DNA from: Gonapodya sp. JEL0774
Taxonomy: Eukaryota
DNA: 64,000 nucleotides
Direction: 5' to 3'
Assembly (NCBI GenBank): GCA_027604505.1
Contig: JADIIX010000047.1
Coordinates: 62,001 to 126,000, forward strand
Shown here: positions 17,501 through 29,698 of the stretch, piece by piece
How positions within the stretch are numbered: the first letter of the stretch is position 1
Layout of the letters: every line of letters starts with the position of its first letter
Notes under the pieces: generated by a model
Seen by the model: the letters and a program-made list of their open reading frames with translations, nothing else
Databases searched by the model: none
What the model was told of the DNA's origin: nothing
Translations under genes and position numbers: made by a program

Positions 17501-18274
17501 CCTGAAATATGTTACTGATGTCGAAGCTACACCACCCGTTGTGTTGAGCCGGGCATTCTCAGAGTTGGCTTCGAACTGGCTGAGGAGTCGCTGTTCGGTC
17601 TCGACAATAAGCGCACGGTACGGCTTCAGCACAGCAGTTTCGGCAGCTCGGGCAAGTGCGTTAATGTAAACGGAGCGTGGCGGGTACAGTGGTGATGAAG
17701 GGGTTTGAAACGGGTTGGGAAGAGATGATGATGCAGATGTATATGAGCCAGGCCCAACACCATCACCAGGACTCCAGCCCGCACTGGGCAGTCCAGTTAA
17801 CACATCAGCACCAGCACCAGGGATGGCGCCAGAAAGTGAAGAAGTCGCAACGGCGGCATTCACGCTGTCCGGTTGTGCGTCGATTGGGAGGTTGTTCAGA
17901 ATAGATCCTGCCACCTCCAGATTCACATTCCCACTGGCATCTGCCCAATCGACATATTTCGCTGCAAATGCGCTGGAATCGGTAATCCATTCGAGCATGG
18001 TTACAACCTCCAGGTACTGCAGGCCAAGGAAGCCAACCGAATCCTCCAAGACCGACCGTTCACCTGGGTGAAGAAAAGGGTAGTCCGTAGGTATCAAAAA
18101 CGCCCTCCGCTTTCGAGACACTAGCGGCTCCGCAAGGAAATGGCTTTCGTTCGTGGATCCAGTGGGCCGGAGGAAAGATGGCGGTCGTGGAGGGAAGGAG
18201 TAGAGCGGGGGAAGAACGAAAACTTCTCCGGTGATTCCTGACAGCGCCATCAGCGACTCCTGCATGAAAACCAT
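14531..18274 (-). CDS. TUBGCP4: Gamma-tubulin complex component 4 (Spc97/Spc98 family); multi-exon
   Basis: N-terminal ESLMALSG...YPFLHPGERSVL, LKPYRALIVETEQRLL, EEVLFIG; C-terminal HLDQFLLRLNYNNF, typical of GCP4. Confidence 0.85.
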
Positions 18275-18637
18275 TGTCAGGAATCTTCAAATCAATTCGG
18301 TAGATGGGTTAAAGTGAATGTCTTCGGACCACAGCATCACCGAGTTCTCAGGTGAGTGATCCTTCTTCGGCACCTCACCAACCACGTCCTCACGGACATG
18401 ATATGCACTGAAGGTGACGTGGGAGAGGAAGGCGGAACACATCAAATAAATATTCTATCCTTCGCATGACGCTTTGCCATGCTCACGTGGCTCAGGGTCA
18501 TGAGATCCGAAGGCGCCTAACATATAAGCTCTCTTTTACTCGTGATGCAATGCAAATCTCTATCTCTTTACACTTCATGCGGACCACTTTTGGGGCCGTG
18601 CAAACTATAGTATTAGTCGCATGCACACCACACATCT

Positions 18638-21117
18638 CTATCCCATCTTCAACTTGATGGGTTGACGAGATCCTGTCGTTCTGGCAATATTGTTCAATCC
18701 CAAATAGGCTAATAGGAGTAAACTCATTCCAATCGCCAGCAAGATTGCACGCAGCACTGGAATGTCCAAATTGTCATTGAACCCAAACCGAACAATGACA
18801 CTGCCCCCATCGATTTCGAAGACGCTATCTGGAACAGGAAAATAAAGATCTGTCATTTCGTTCTTGACAAGTCCCTCAAACGTGTACTTCTATATTTTTA
18901 GGTGCCAAGTCAGACTAATAATTGACGCTGGAGAATTCAAAGAAAGTACTCACCATGGGCGAGATGTACTTTATCCAGTTGAATGATTGCGGAATGGTGT
19001 TGTTGTTAATCAAGAATCCTGAGTACATCGTGAACGGTATGATAACCATCGGTACCACGGTGAGAGCCAATTCTAGATTAGGTAGAATGCAACCTAGCGC
19101 GATGCCGGCGGAGAAACCACACATGGACTGCACCGAGTGCAACCTATGAGTCACATAAGAACCAATACAATCTGATACAAGCTCACTTACGTTCAGAACA
19201 TAGAAGGAAGCAGCGATGCTGTAATGCCCCCAAGTTTGTTGTAGTCCCACCAGCCAGTAGCTCAAAGAAATCCCGGCAAGGGGCACAAGGATCTGATATG
19301 GCAGCTCCACGGCAATTTTACTGAGGAAGTAACTTGTGACACCGTAGTAGCCAGAATGGTGCTCCCTCTCGAAGACGTTGCGCTCCAACAAAAATGTCCC
19401 TAGGACATTTATCAGGCCAGTCATAAAGCTGCTGGCTGTGTATATGAACAAAAGCCCTGCTCGGTTCTGAACTTGCGCGTCTCCTGAACGCGACGGTAGA
19501 TCCTGATAAGTAAACCTGGATTCGAGTAAATCTGATTAAGATTTCCTGTTGTCTTTTGCAATAGACAGTAGTTTCAAGCGCATGGCCTACCCAGCAATCA
19601 AGTTGATAACCATTATTTGCGCTATCCGAGCGCGCAACATGAGCCTGTTGCGCAACGCATTTCGCAGCGCTCGTGTGTAGAGGAAGCGAAACTTCAGCCA
19701 CGAGGTTGAAAAGGTTAAAGGGGTGTGTCGTTCGTCGATGCATCCTCATCGACTCACCTGCCCCACAAAAGAAGAATTTTGCTTGCCAGCTATGTGTGGA
19801 CTTGCGGAGTTAATGCACGAGTTCTCAAAGTTGAGTTTCTTTTCCTGTTCGCGTTTGAACGAAGCTATGAGACCCTTAACGGGCGAAGGATGCACTTTGG
19901 GGCTCAGAACACTCAGAAACACTGATTGAGGGATGAAAGAAGATACAAAAACTTTAAAATGCACCAAGCAACACTTGAACCAGGAATCTCACACGGAAGT
20001 CTGCCGGGTTTGAATAGCGAGGACACTCGAAGCCCTGATTTGCAAAGTATTCCACAAGATTTGATGTGGGTCCCTGGTAGAGAATGTTTTGGTCTGCGAG
20101 AATGAGTATGTCGTCGAAGAGATTCAGGATTTCTGAGGATGGTTGATGAATCTGCGAACAAAAAGCTCTCTTTGTGAGGCTTTTGGGTGACATTGCACAA
20201 TTCCGAGATGCTCACAGATGCAACAACTGTTCGTCCACTTGCCGCCAACTGTTGGAGAGACTCCACGACACTGAAAGCTGAAAACTTTGGTATAAATTGA
20301 ATGCAGCGCCCTACTCTAAAGCACAAGCTCGTAGTTCCTACCGAGTCGAGTCCTGAAGTCGGCTTCAAAACACAAATGAAGATTCGGGAATTTACGAGCC
20401 AAACAATCACAGTATGAATCGCACCTCATCCAACAGCAAAATGGAAGGATCAGGAAGGAGCTCTAATCCTATGCAGAGGCGTTTCCTCTCTCCACCTGAT
20501 ATACCTATATAAAGAAGACAAAGTCAGAAGAGAAAGAGGGACGGAATTCGACAATCTGATTACCGTTCTCAGGTAACCCCACGATACTGTCAGCTACCGA
20601 TTGCAGTTGCAAAGCACTCAGAGTCTCTTCCACTCTTTTGTTTCTCTCAACATTTGAGAGCGCTTCCGGTAAGCGCAGGGCAGCGGACTGCCAGAGATAC
20701 TCGCGCACCGTCATGGTGGGCAACAGCAAATCATCCTTTGGACGCAAAACATTAATCTAGCTTTAGGAAGAGACACAGTGACGCTAGTCTGAAACTCACT
20801 TGAAAAACGAAGCCAGTCATCTGCCGTAATTCGAAGGGAGTTCGCTCGCGACCGGTCACCAGCACTCGTCCTGAGGATGATCCAGCAGAAAATCCCGAGA
20901 TGGCTTTGAGAAGTGTTGTTTTACCCACGCCAGACACCCCCAATATACCGGTCAATCGTCCTGGGTGACTGATTTGGTTGTCAGATGCAATCTCATCGTT
21001 CAATCAGGACGAACTCCACCCCAACCACCCCAATTCTTACAAGTCAGCATCGATGCCATCAAGAATGGTCCGCGAGACTGGCTTCGTGATACTGTACCGA
21101 AAACTGCGAATGTTCAT
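18638..21117 (-). CDS. ABCG (White-family) half-transporter, NBD followed by TMD; start uncertain (an in-frame ATG also lies near 21183)
   Basis: Walker [26 protein letters not shown], signature [67 protein letters not shown]. Confidence 0.9.
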
Positions 21118-21517
21118 TTTTGAGGTGTCGGTGTTGGGAGTGGGAACCGGGAGGAGGCACAAATAATATGTGCAGGAACGCATATATTCAAAACGGCTTA
21201 TGTTTTGTGGGCAGTAAACATGAACATATTGGAAATCAGGTGAATCTCAAAGATTTATGGATGCCAATGGGATTGGATTGACATTCTGTTGTTCTGTGGA
21301 TTCCCTTATATATTTTTGTTGTGGCTGGCATTCAGATCAGTGTGTATTTTCCTCACCGAGAACCAGCGTTTGTGCAAATTCTGTCTGCTTGGCGTGTATA
21401 TTTGTACAATATATGTAAGGTAGTTCTCTGTGGGGCTGTGTTTGGTGATGTACTTGAACTGTTTCGACAAGTTTATCCAACTTGACACGATTCTTGACAC
21501 CGCGACCATCAGACACA

Positions 21518-22129
21518 ATGAGAGGCCAACTAAGCTTGCTCTTGAATTTCGCAATCACGCTCTTGATCGCGGGATGTGTCTTGGCGGATGCCAGTGAGTG
21601 TTGAGTTGAGCATGTAGCAGAAGGGATCTTGTGTTGATGGGTTTTCTTCCGTTGAAGACGGCGGTAAAGCCAGGTGGCAAGATCAACATGATGGCAAAAA
21701 GTACACAGGCTACTCTACAACGTGCCCAATGCCCAGCGATTTCATGTGAGTTCGGAGTTGCGCCCTGAACTGAACCTATTGTAACACCTGCCGTCCCACA
21801 GGAAATTTTGCTTCGATGGAGGTTACAAGATTGAGGGCGGATTCGCCATCCCACTTGCCGGCAAATACTCTGATGGGCGGAAGTGTTTGCGCATGAAACT
21901 CCCCGACACTGTGGAGGAAAAGACATACGGCGTGCAAGCACTTGACGGAAAGCCAGCACCTGTCATGCAAACTTTCCATGGAAAATTCGCCCCAAGCGTG
22001 CGAAATGGCGGGATTGATGGCACGGTTCAAATCTCGGGCGATTGGCTGACTATTACATTCTGGTTGGCCAATGGTGATACCTGTTCGGCCAGCTTTACTT
22101 CTTCCCCTACATACCTTCATTCGAAGTAA
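21518..22129 (+). CDS. Small secreted protein of unknown function (~160 aa; exons 21518-21593, 21658-21745, 21802-22129)
   Basis: Two GTGAGT...AG introns give a continuous frame: MRGQLSLLLNFAITLLIAGCVLA (signal-peptide-like) then DANGGKARWQDQHDGKKYTGYSTTCPMPSDFMKFCFDGGYKIEGGFAIP...DTCSASFTSSPTYLHSK*. Confidence 0.75.
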
Positions 22130-22290
22130 ACTGCGAGTAACTTGTAAAGGCTTTCGTGTAAAAGAACAAAGAAATGCGTAAGGGTGGGAAATGTGTCATT
22201 CCTTCTGTTTGCGGGCAACAAACGATGATCTCCTTTGTATATACATATCTAATCCAAAATCATGCTGAATGTCATGTCACACAATAGTAA

Positions 22291-25200
22291 TCATGCCTCG
22301 TCCAGAGACAACTCAAATTGGAGGTAATCCTCGTCCACCAACTCCCCCCCTTCACTCACACCTGCACTCATACCTTCCTTTACGCTGCTCCGTCTGCTTG
22401 CGGCAGCCGAAGTCGGTACTGCGGGGTCAACACGACTAGAACGCTTCCCTCGAATACTACTCCCACCACTGTTACTTCGTGTGAGCTGGAGGTTCCGTGC
22501 AAAATCCAGCTCTCCCGATGCAGACGAGCGTCTCACAAACGCGTTAGGGCTATTGGCAAGTGATGAGGAATCGTGTCCACCTGACATAGAAGTAGCCCCT
22601 ATTCGGTGATGCGAGTGATGCCCCGCACCCTGAGATTTTCCATATGATCCCGACCCTGTCGCCGATTGGTGGAGTTGTCGATTCATTAGAGGACCCGATA
22701 TATCCCGAGGGAGACTTGTTGGTGGGCTCATTCGCGGAGAAAGAGAGTGCGCCGAGTGTAGAGACCGGCGAACGCTGGAAGGTGAATGATCCGAAGCCGC
22801 CGCTGATACCAGCGCATCCGCGAACTGAGTAATGTCTGACTGAACCGCTTGAAACCTTGCAAGAGTTCCCTTGAGGCGAAACAGCTTCAGGTCAGCAGTG
22901 CTAGTGGCTTCCTCTTGCGCAAACTACTCACCGCCATGCCACTGTCTCCACCTGTGGCACCAATGCCAGATTCACTTGAACCAGCCAATCCCTTCCCTCT
23001 CCGGGTTTCAACCATTCGCAAAAATACCTCCAATTCCTGTTTATCTTCTATTTCGCGTTCGTTGGTTTGTCTCGACAGTGATTCGTCCGCAGGAGGTTTG
23101 CTCTTGGTAGCCTTTCCAACACCCCCACGACCAACACTCCCACTAATTCGACCCCGTCTCATATCTGCCCCTTCTAGTGCAACACCGAGGCCCACAGCTC
23201 CTGGTGCCGCATTCAGAGTCATGCCGACATACGGTTCGGTCGCTCGTTCTTTTCCTTTATTCCACTCTGCTGGATCCCCGCCACCACAGCTACTTATCGT
23301 GCTCGTTAGTCCCGGGCTCGGGGGACGTGGTTTTGCGAAAGATTCTCGGCGAATTGCTTGTGGAGGAGCTGTGGTCGAACGGCCTGGCACGCCAAATGTC
23401 GGATGTGAGTGAGCTTGCAAAGTGGGGCCTGGCTCTGTCGGTTGGAGCATTGAGACTGGGAGAGTTGTCACCGGAGCCGAGGGCGGACGGGCAGGAACGT
23501 TTAGAGGCGAGATGGCACCATGAGATCGCACATCGTCACTCTCCGGTAACGGGACAGGTGTATCCACGTATTCGGCTCGGCGACTCAGAGATGGACCACT
23601 GCCGGCCTCCTCGTTGGTAGAGGATCCAGTGGCTGCAGCGAGCAGATCCGATCCACTGCCGCTGCCACTCACACTGCCACTCCCGGCCATAGCGAGTCTT
23701 CCAGCAAGCTCACGGCCAGAAAATCGAGCAGGGAGGCCGGGTGGGCGTGGACGTGGGGATAGAATAGGCGCGATGGATCCTCCACGGCGGGAACTCGGTG
23801 ATTCCAAGGATGACGTGGGGGAGTCAGGCCCTGTGGAGGCGGCCCGGACGGATTGGAAAGACAGAGCCTGCGGTGCCGAGCCGCGAGACAATGGGGTGAA
23901 GGGCTGTGTTTGCGTTTTAAAAGTGTCGTGATGTGGAGGTCTGGTGCGGTGTGGGTCGTCAGTCATGGTTGCACGACGACGGTGTTCCAACGGAAAGGCT
24001 GCTGGCGGTGATGGTGCCGCAAGGTCAGCAAGGTACCCGAGTGATAAGCCAGACGGGTGGGATACTGAAGGAGATAATGCGGGACGTTGGGATACTCGCA
24101 GCTGCGAGACATTGCTTGGCGGGGTTCGAGAGGGTACGTTCGAGGAGTACTGAAAATGTGGGGGCACGGAAGACGGGTGCGGAAAGAGGATGGGCGATGG
24201 CGAAGTGGACTCGACCACAAAATCACAGTTCAGGCGGTACGTGGTGTGAAGAGAGAAGACGCTGTGGACGGTACAGACATCACCCAAACAACACCTCCCT
24301 GCCGATGCGGTGCGGTTTCACTCCTCACTCACCCGAACGGTGTTTCCACTTTCCCAAAGGTATACTCCTCGACATCTCCCGCACCGAACGGATATTCCAT
24401 GCCAAGGTCACTCCCACCATACGTCCTCTGAGTCTCTAATCGGTATCCGACGTGGACGGCGGGGGGAGTTTCACGGCGTAACCGGCGGACGAGGCGATAT
24501 GCAGGAAGAAGGCGGACGTGGGAGAAGAGGGAGCGGAAGAAAACGACAGATTTTTTGTAAGCGACGGGAAGGTCGGGAGGGGTGGAGTCTGTTTGGGGTG
24601 ACGAAGCGAGTGGCCTTGGATCGAATGAATTCAGATGGGACCAGTTAGCGCCCAGAAAAAAAAACTCCATCGAGTAAAGGAACAGCAGAAGCATTGGAAG
24701 GACAAGAGCAACAAAGAGGCGAAATCCGAAGCATGACTCCTCCTGTGGCCCCGACTTCGGCAAATCCAAGCTTTGCTCCACTCGCCCGGGAAGCAAATGC
24801 GGCAAAATAGAGCGAACATCGACGCTGACAGACGGAGTGGCAGATGCGTTTTCAGGTACAATTGTATGCGCAAGAAACGTTGTCCCTGATTTCTGTATGT
24901 GTCCACCCAACGTCCATCATGAAATCGTCGGAACCCGGAGAAACCCACGTTAGAGTCAACTGCCACGACTCCAAAAGCACCCGGTGAGGTCCTCGAGGTC
25001 CAAAGGCAGACGGCGACGTTTGTCCGAAGATTGAATCTCCAGTCTGATTGACGTCCGTGTCCGTGACCTTGCGCCGCACACCAGATTCCCGATCCGCCAC
25101 ACTGAGCACGAGCCCTTTATCAGAGAAGTCAGCAATGTCCAGAAAAATGTCAATAATTAAAGCCGGTGCAGGCACTTGTGTGATGCTGAGCTGCTTCCAT

Positions 25201-25657
25201 GGGCGAAGTTCGTCACGGAGTACTTCGTCCTCAGGAAGTTCGATATTGAACCACTTGTTGACACGACGGGGCGTCTGAGACGCAGTCGACGGTCCATACA
25301 CGTAGTCATATGAGTAGTTTCGAGAGGTCGGGGTGGGGCTCAGAGCTCTGTGATTAGGGGGAGCTCCGCTGGACGTTGATCTGCCCTGGACGACGATCGC
25401 AGCGACTTTTGCATAGAAATTCTGACAAGAGCAGAACCATAACATAACCCAGGATAGTTTCAGATAGAAAAGGTGGAAGAACACGTTGAGAATGTTCGGG
25501 ACGAGAAGGAGTTTGGTCAGAAAGGGGTGATAGACGATGAACTCTGTCTGTCTACCTGAGTCAACTGCTCCTGCCGCGAGAGACCCCTCGATGACCCTGT
25601 TCCAGCTGAGAATGCGGATCCCTCCAGCCTTTGGGCCGGGGATGCTCTCTCACCCAT
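22291..25657 (-). CDS. ATG13: Autophagy-related protein 13 (HORMA domain plus disordered tail); multi-exon
   Basis: QNFYAKVAAIVVQGR, NKWFNIEL, VLLESWQL, DLPVAYKKSVVFFRSLFSHVRLLPAYRL. Confidence 0.88.
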
Positions 25658-26100
25658 TCACCGGTGAAGATGTGTGGAGATAAGTGATCAGTATGAGCAA
25701 ACCTAATCCCACCTGCCCAAAGCAGCACCATCATTTTGTAATTGTCATAATTCATCCCTACGAACACACTATTCAACGCTCAGTCACATAATGGGGCTCG
25801 CTCTTACGACTTCCCCATGAAGCGGTAGCAGGAAATTGCAGTGTATGATTCCCTCGCGGCAAGGTCACAGATAACTAAGTTGGAGTGACCAATATAAGTT
25901 GCTCGATTTGTCCTCGGTGACGAGTCTCCGCTATGTTCGTTGAATCCGGCGGGGGAAAGGGGGAGACGGCGGGGAACGGAAAGCGCACGAATTCAAGCGA
26001 ACACTCGGGGCAACACACGCATCTACTGGGCGATTCTCGCGCTGAATATTGACGCCGCGCACCGCCCTTCCCATCTTGCCCCCTATTTTCTGCTGCTTCA

Positions 26101-26760
26101 ATGATGACTTCAGATTCGGCCCCGGCATCAATACCCCGCCCTGATGCTTCCCTCGCACCTTCCAAAATCCGACACGAATGGTTCCAGAACGACAACTTTG
26201 TCACAATTACCGTCTTTGTCAAGAATCTTCCAAAGGACAACGTCCAACTCATCCTGGAACCGCGAGTCCTCTCCCTCACTGTCAAGCTCCCCAACACCGG
26301 CTCCGACTACTCCCTCGAGCTTGACCCGCTCGCGCACGAAATCGTACCGGCTGAATCTAAACACTCGGTCATGTCCACCAAAATCGAGATCAAGCTCAAA
26401 AAGTCCGAAGTGGGCATAAAGTGGGGTGCCTTGGAGGGCCAAGAGTTGTTCCCCGTGGGCAAAGTCGCCGGTTCGACAGACGTCCCCGAGCAACCTCCAG
26501 CTTACCCTTCTTCCTCGCGGAAGCGCGTCGACTGGAACAAACTTGAGAAACAGGCAGAGGAGGACAAGGAGGGTGAAGACGCGCTCAACTCGCTCTTCGC
26601 CAAAATTTACAAAGACGCGGACCCGGACGCACGGAAGGCTATGCTGAAAAGCTACACTGAATCTGGTGGGACGGTGCTCAGTACGAACTGGAAGGAGGTC
26701 GGAGAGAAGCACGTAGCTCCCTCGCCACCCGACGGAATGGAGGCGAGGAAGTGGGGTTGA
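26101..26760 (+). CDS. SGT1: Sgt1 co-chaperone (CS + SGS domains, no TPR), intronless
   Basis: KIRHEWFQ, STKIEIKLKK, AYPSSSRKRVDWNKL, ALNSLFAKIYKDADPDARKAMLKSYTESGGTVLSTNW, PPDGMEARKW. Confidence 0.95.
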   Translation: MMTSDSAPASIPRPDASLAPSKIRHEWFQNDNFVTITVFVKNLPKDNVQLILEPRVLSLTVKLPNTGSDYSLELDPLAHEIVPAESKHSVMSTKIEIKLKKSEVGIKWGALEGQELFPVGKVAGSTDVPEQPPAYPSSSRKRVDWNKLEKQAEEDKEGEDALNSLFAKIYKDADPDARKAMLKSYTESGGTVLSTNWKEVGEKHVAPSPPDGMEARKWG

Positions 26761-27068
26761 ACACACACGAACATTGCCGATATTGCATGGGATCGAGAAA
26801 TTTGCGTTTGTGTCCGTGACATGAGCAATTGTTGGATGTTGAACAATTCTATTAGAGAGACCACCCTCATCAACGTAAAAGCCACAGCATTCATTTGACA
26901 GTTGAGAGAAAAATATAGCTTTAGTTTGTAAGGGTGATATGCAGGGCAAAACTAAGCAGAGGCCATTGTTTTCGTTGTTCTCTTCTACTCCTCCAGATAA
27001 GTAGTACATGGTACGAATAGCCCATTCCGAAGTCTATACATCCACAATCCAGCGTTCTCTCCCCGTAG

Positions 27069-29009
27069 TTAGTAGCCCCTCTTCGCCATAATATCTTGGA
27101 AGTCTTGTGAATTTGAATGAACAACAAGTGAGATCAAGCCATTCCTCACCATGCTACGTCATACTCACATTTCCACAAAACAGAAAACATCAGACCCTGC
27201 ATACCGTTGGCAACAATACGAGTGCTCAAACCACGACCAAACAGCCCAACCCATCCGTCCTTGGCAACGACATCACGGACAGCAGCCGAGTAGGAAATCT
27301 GCAAATGACATCGGCAACCCCAATAGAATTGAAATTTTGCTCGACCGCAAAACTGACTGACGCTAAGTGGTTGCGGGTACTCGCCTTTTCGGGGTTTGCT
27401 TGCTTGTAGGTCTTGACGACACGGATAGAGTTGGAGATGGTGTCCGAGGCGACGGAGGCCACGAAACCGATACCAGCGTTACGGGCCAGACGCTTTGGAG
27501 TGGAGTCCTTGTATCTGGGGGAGAAAGCTATGGTGTGAAGGGTGCGGGAAATACACGAGAAAACGCGTGCGGCTTACTTGGGCAGAGTGGCGTCGAGGTA
27601 GTTGAAGGTGAAGCTGGAGCGAGAGGCGGGGAGACGATGGTGAGATACAACTCCATGCAGATTTGAAGATCGGCCAAAGTGCGATGCTCACACTACACCA
27701 AACGTCATAATCCGCATCCCAAAGTGGTGATCGCAATTTTCTAATCAGCTCCAGTGCCACACTGAAAACGATAGCTCTCCCCACTCACACCACGGGTAGT
27801 GCCCAACAAACGTAGCGGCACTTGCCGCAATAGCACCGTACCACAAAACCTGCGGCCCGTTGGTGGCGATTTTCGTTCGGAGCACCTTGAGACCGTCGGC
27901 ACCGACCACCTGCATAGTGGTCTTGACCGTGTCGACCGGTAAAAGAAGAATACGGAAGCTGGCGGCAAAGGCTGAGGCGAAAACAGTCTTCAAGGCCACG
28001 GGCCAGTTTTTGGCGGTTTCGTTAGACTCGAGGAAAGCGAGGGCACCGGCGTTAGCGGCTTTGAACGGCAAAAGTCGGGACGGATGACAAGGAACACAGA
28101 TAATTGGAAGTCAGGAGAAAAGGGGCGAAGGGAGTTCAGAGTCTCCATTACGTGATGCAAACCTGGGGGAGCTCACCAGTGTCACCAAATCGAGAAACAG
28201 GTCCTTGGATCAAAGCAGGGAGGTAACCACGGTAGAAGCGCAGGAATCCTCCTGAGGATTGCCCGGATCAATTGAATTGACTTTCCACAACGCGAAATTT
28301 GTTGGTAGCTGGTGATCACTGACCTTCCTTGTAGAGAGTCGTCAAGGCTGTCATCATAGAGGTGCCGTGTCTGTTGTTTTCATTATGCAATGTCCCCACA
28401 AAATAAACGACCTCAGAGGGTTTGCATAACTTGATAGTTGCGGAGGATACCCACCGGTATTGCCAGTTCATGGTCTACAGCCATCCATTTCATTGGAACT
28501 TTGACAAGTCAGTCCATCATTTCGGAACTGCCACCCATCCCCCGATTGAGCATGAGAGCACCAACGCACCGTTCGCATCCACTGCAAGAGGCAATGAAAT
28601 AAAAGACTCCACGTTAGATCGATCTCTCACTATCTTTTGAGTGTCTGTACGCGAAAACGGAACACATCTCACCATCAATGTCGTAACCTGGACGTTTCAA
28701 AGGTATGCGGGGCAGTTCCAGTTTGAGTAGGTATAAACAAGAAAGGTATCAGGCGCCGTTCAAAGTGATTACGAAATGGGGGATCAACGTTCCGGTGGGG
28801 CCCGAACCACAACCGAGTCTCTGTGTGTTCTTTTCGCTCATCAAAGGGCTTTTATCCCATCATAGATAATCGCTTGTTGTTGTTTGACCCACCTGGATGG
28901 CCATTGCCGACGCTCCAGCCACACCTCCACCCATTGCTCTCTTCAGCGCCTTCTGAACATCGAACTGGGGTTTGGGCTTTTCAACCACAGATGTAGTACT
29001 CGCACTCAT
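27069..29009 (-). CDS. Mitochondrial carrier (SLC25) family protein; many exons including micro-exons
   Basis: GGGVAGASAMAIQ-VTTLM-WMRT-TMNWQYR-HG, FLRFYRGYLPALIQGPVSRFGDTAANAG, LLPVDTVKTTMQV, SDTISNSIRVVKTYKQ, LFGRGLSTRIVANGMQGLMFSVLWK. Confidence 0.88.
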
Positions 29010-29698
29010 ATTAAAAACGAGGGGATTGAGTGCTTGGGTGATAAAGAGGTTGGGAGCGAGCGATGCGGAAAGAGGTGGAGGTGATAATGATTCCGAGATT
29101 ATGTCGAACAATCGATTGCGCACACGATGAGCACCGGAGCTCCCTAGAAAAGAGTGCAGCAAAAAACTACCTTCAATCAAGAAGGAACTGTGGAGAAATC
29201 GAGAGGAAAAGGGGGAATTCGTTTGTTCCGGAGTTGGGCCGCATGATCCCGGCCAGTGCATCCTCAAAGGACATCGAATCACGTGAATACATCACATCAA
29301 ACAAAATTTAGCAACATTTCAGGCTAAGAGGTTCTGAAGATGCTCGGAATTAGATTTCCCCTGCAGTGATGGCCCTGAATTCGCTGAATGATTGTGAGTG
29401 GAGCCAGAACCGGGGTTGCCACAGCACTTCCGACATGATGCCAGAACGGCCGGCACGTCCCGGAACGCACACCCTGCCACCTTTGGTGCATTAAACACGT
29501 CAGATAGTACTACGAGAAAAGAGAAGAGGATTTATTGTGGAATGAGAAGGAAAGAAGTTCTGGGAAAGGGGAAGAGGAAAGAAGAGGAGGGTTTCCCTGA
29601 AGTCTTCGAGAGATGACTTTAATATGTGCACAATTATACAATCCACAGTCCTGCAAAATGTACAGTAAACACGAAAAAACGGGGCCTGTTGCCCACGG

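Noticed and set aside
21594..21667. Several in-frame TGA codons after the signal peptide, suggesting selenocysteine or readthrough
   Set aside because: The TGAs fall inside a canonical 64-nt GT-AG intron whose removal restores the frame; no SECIS evident.
26128..27009. 293-aa antisense ORF over SGT1
   Set aside because: Shadow ORF arising from biased codon usage on the sense strand; no recognisable motifs.
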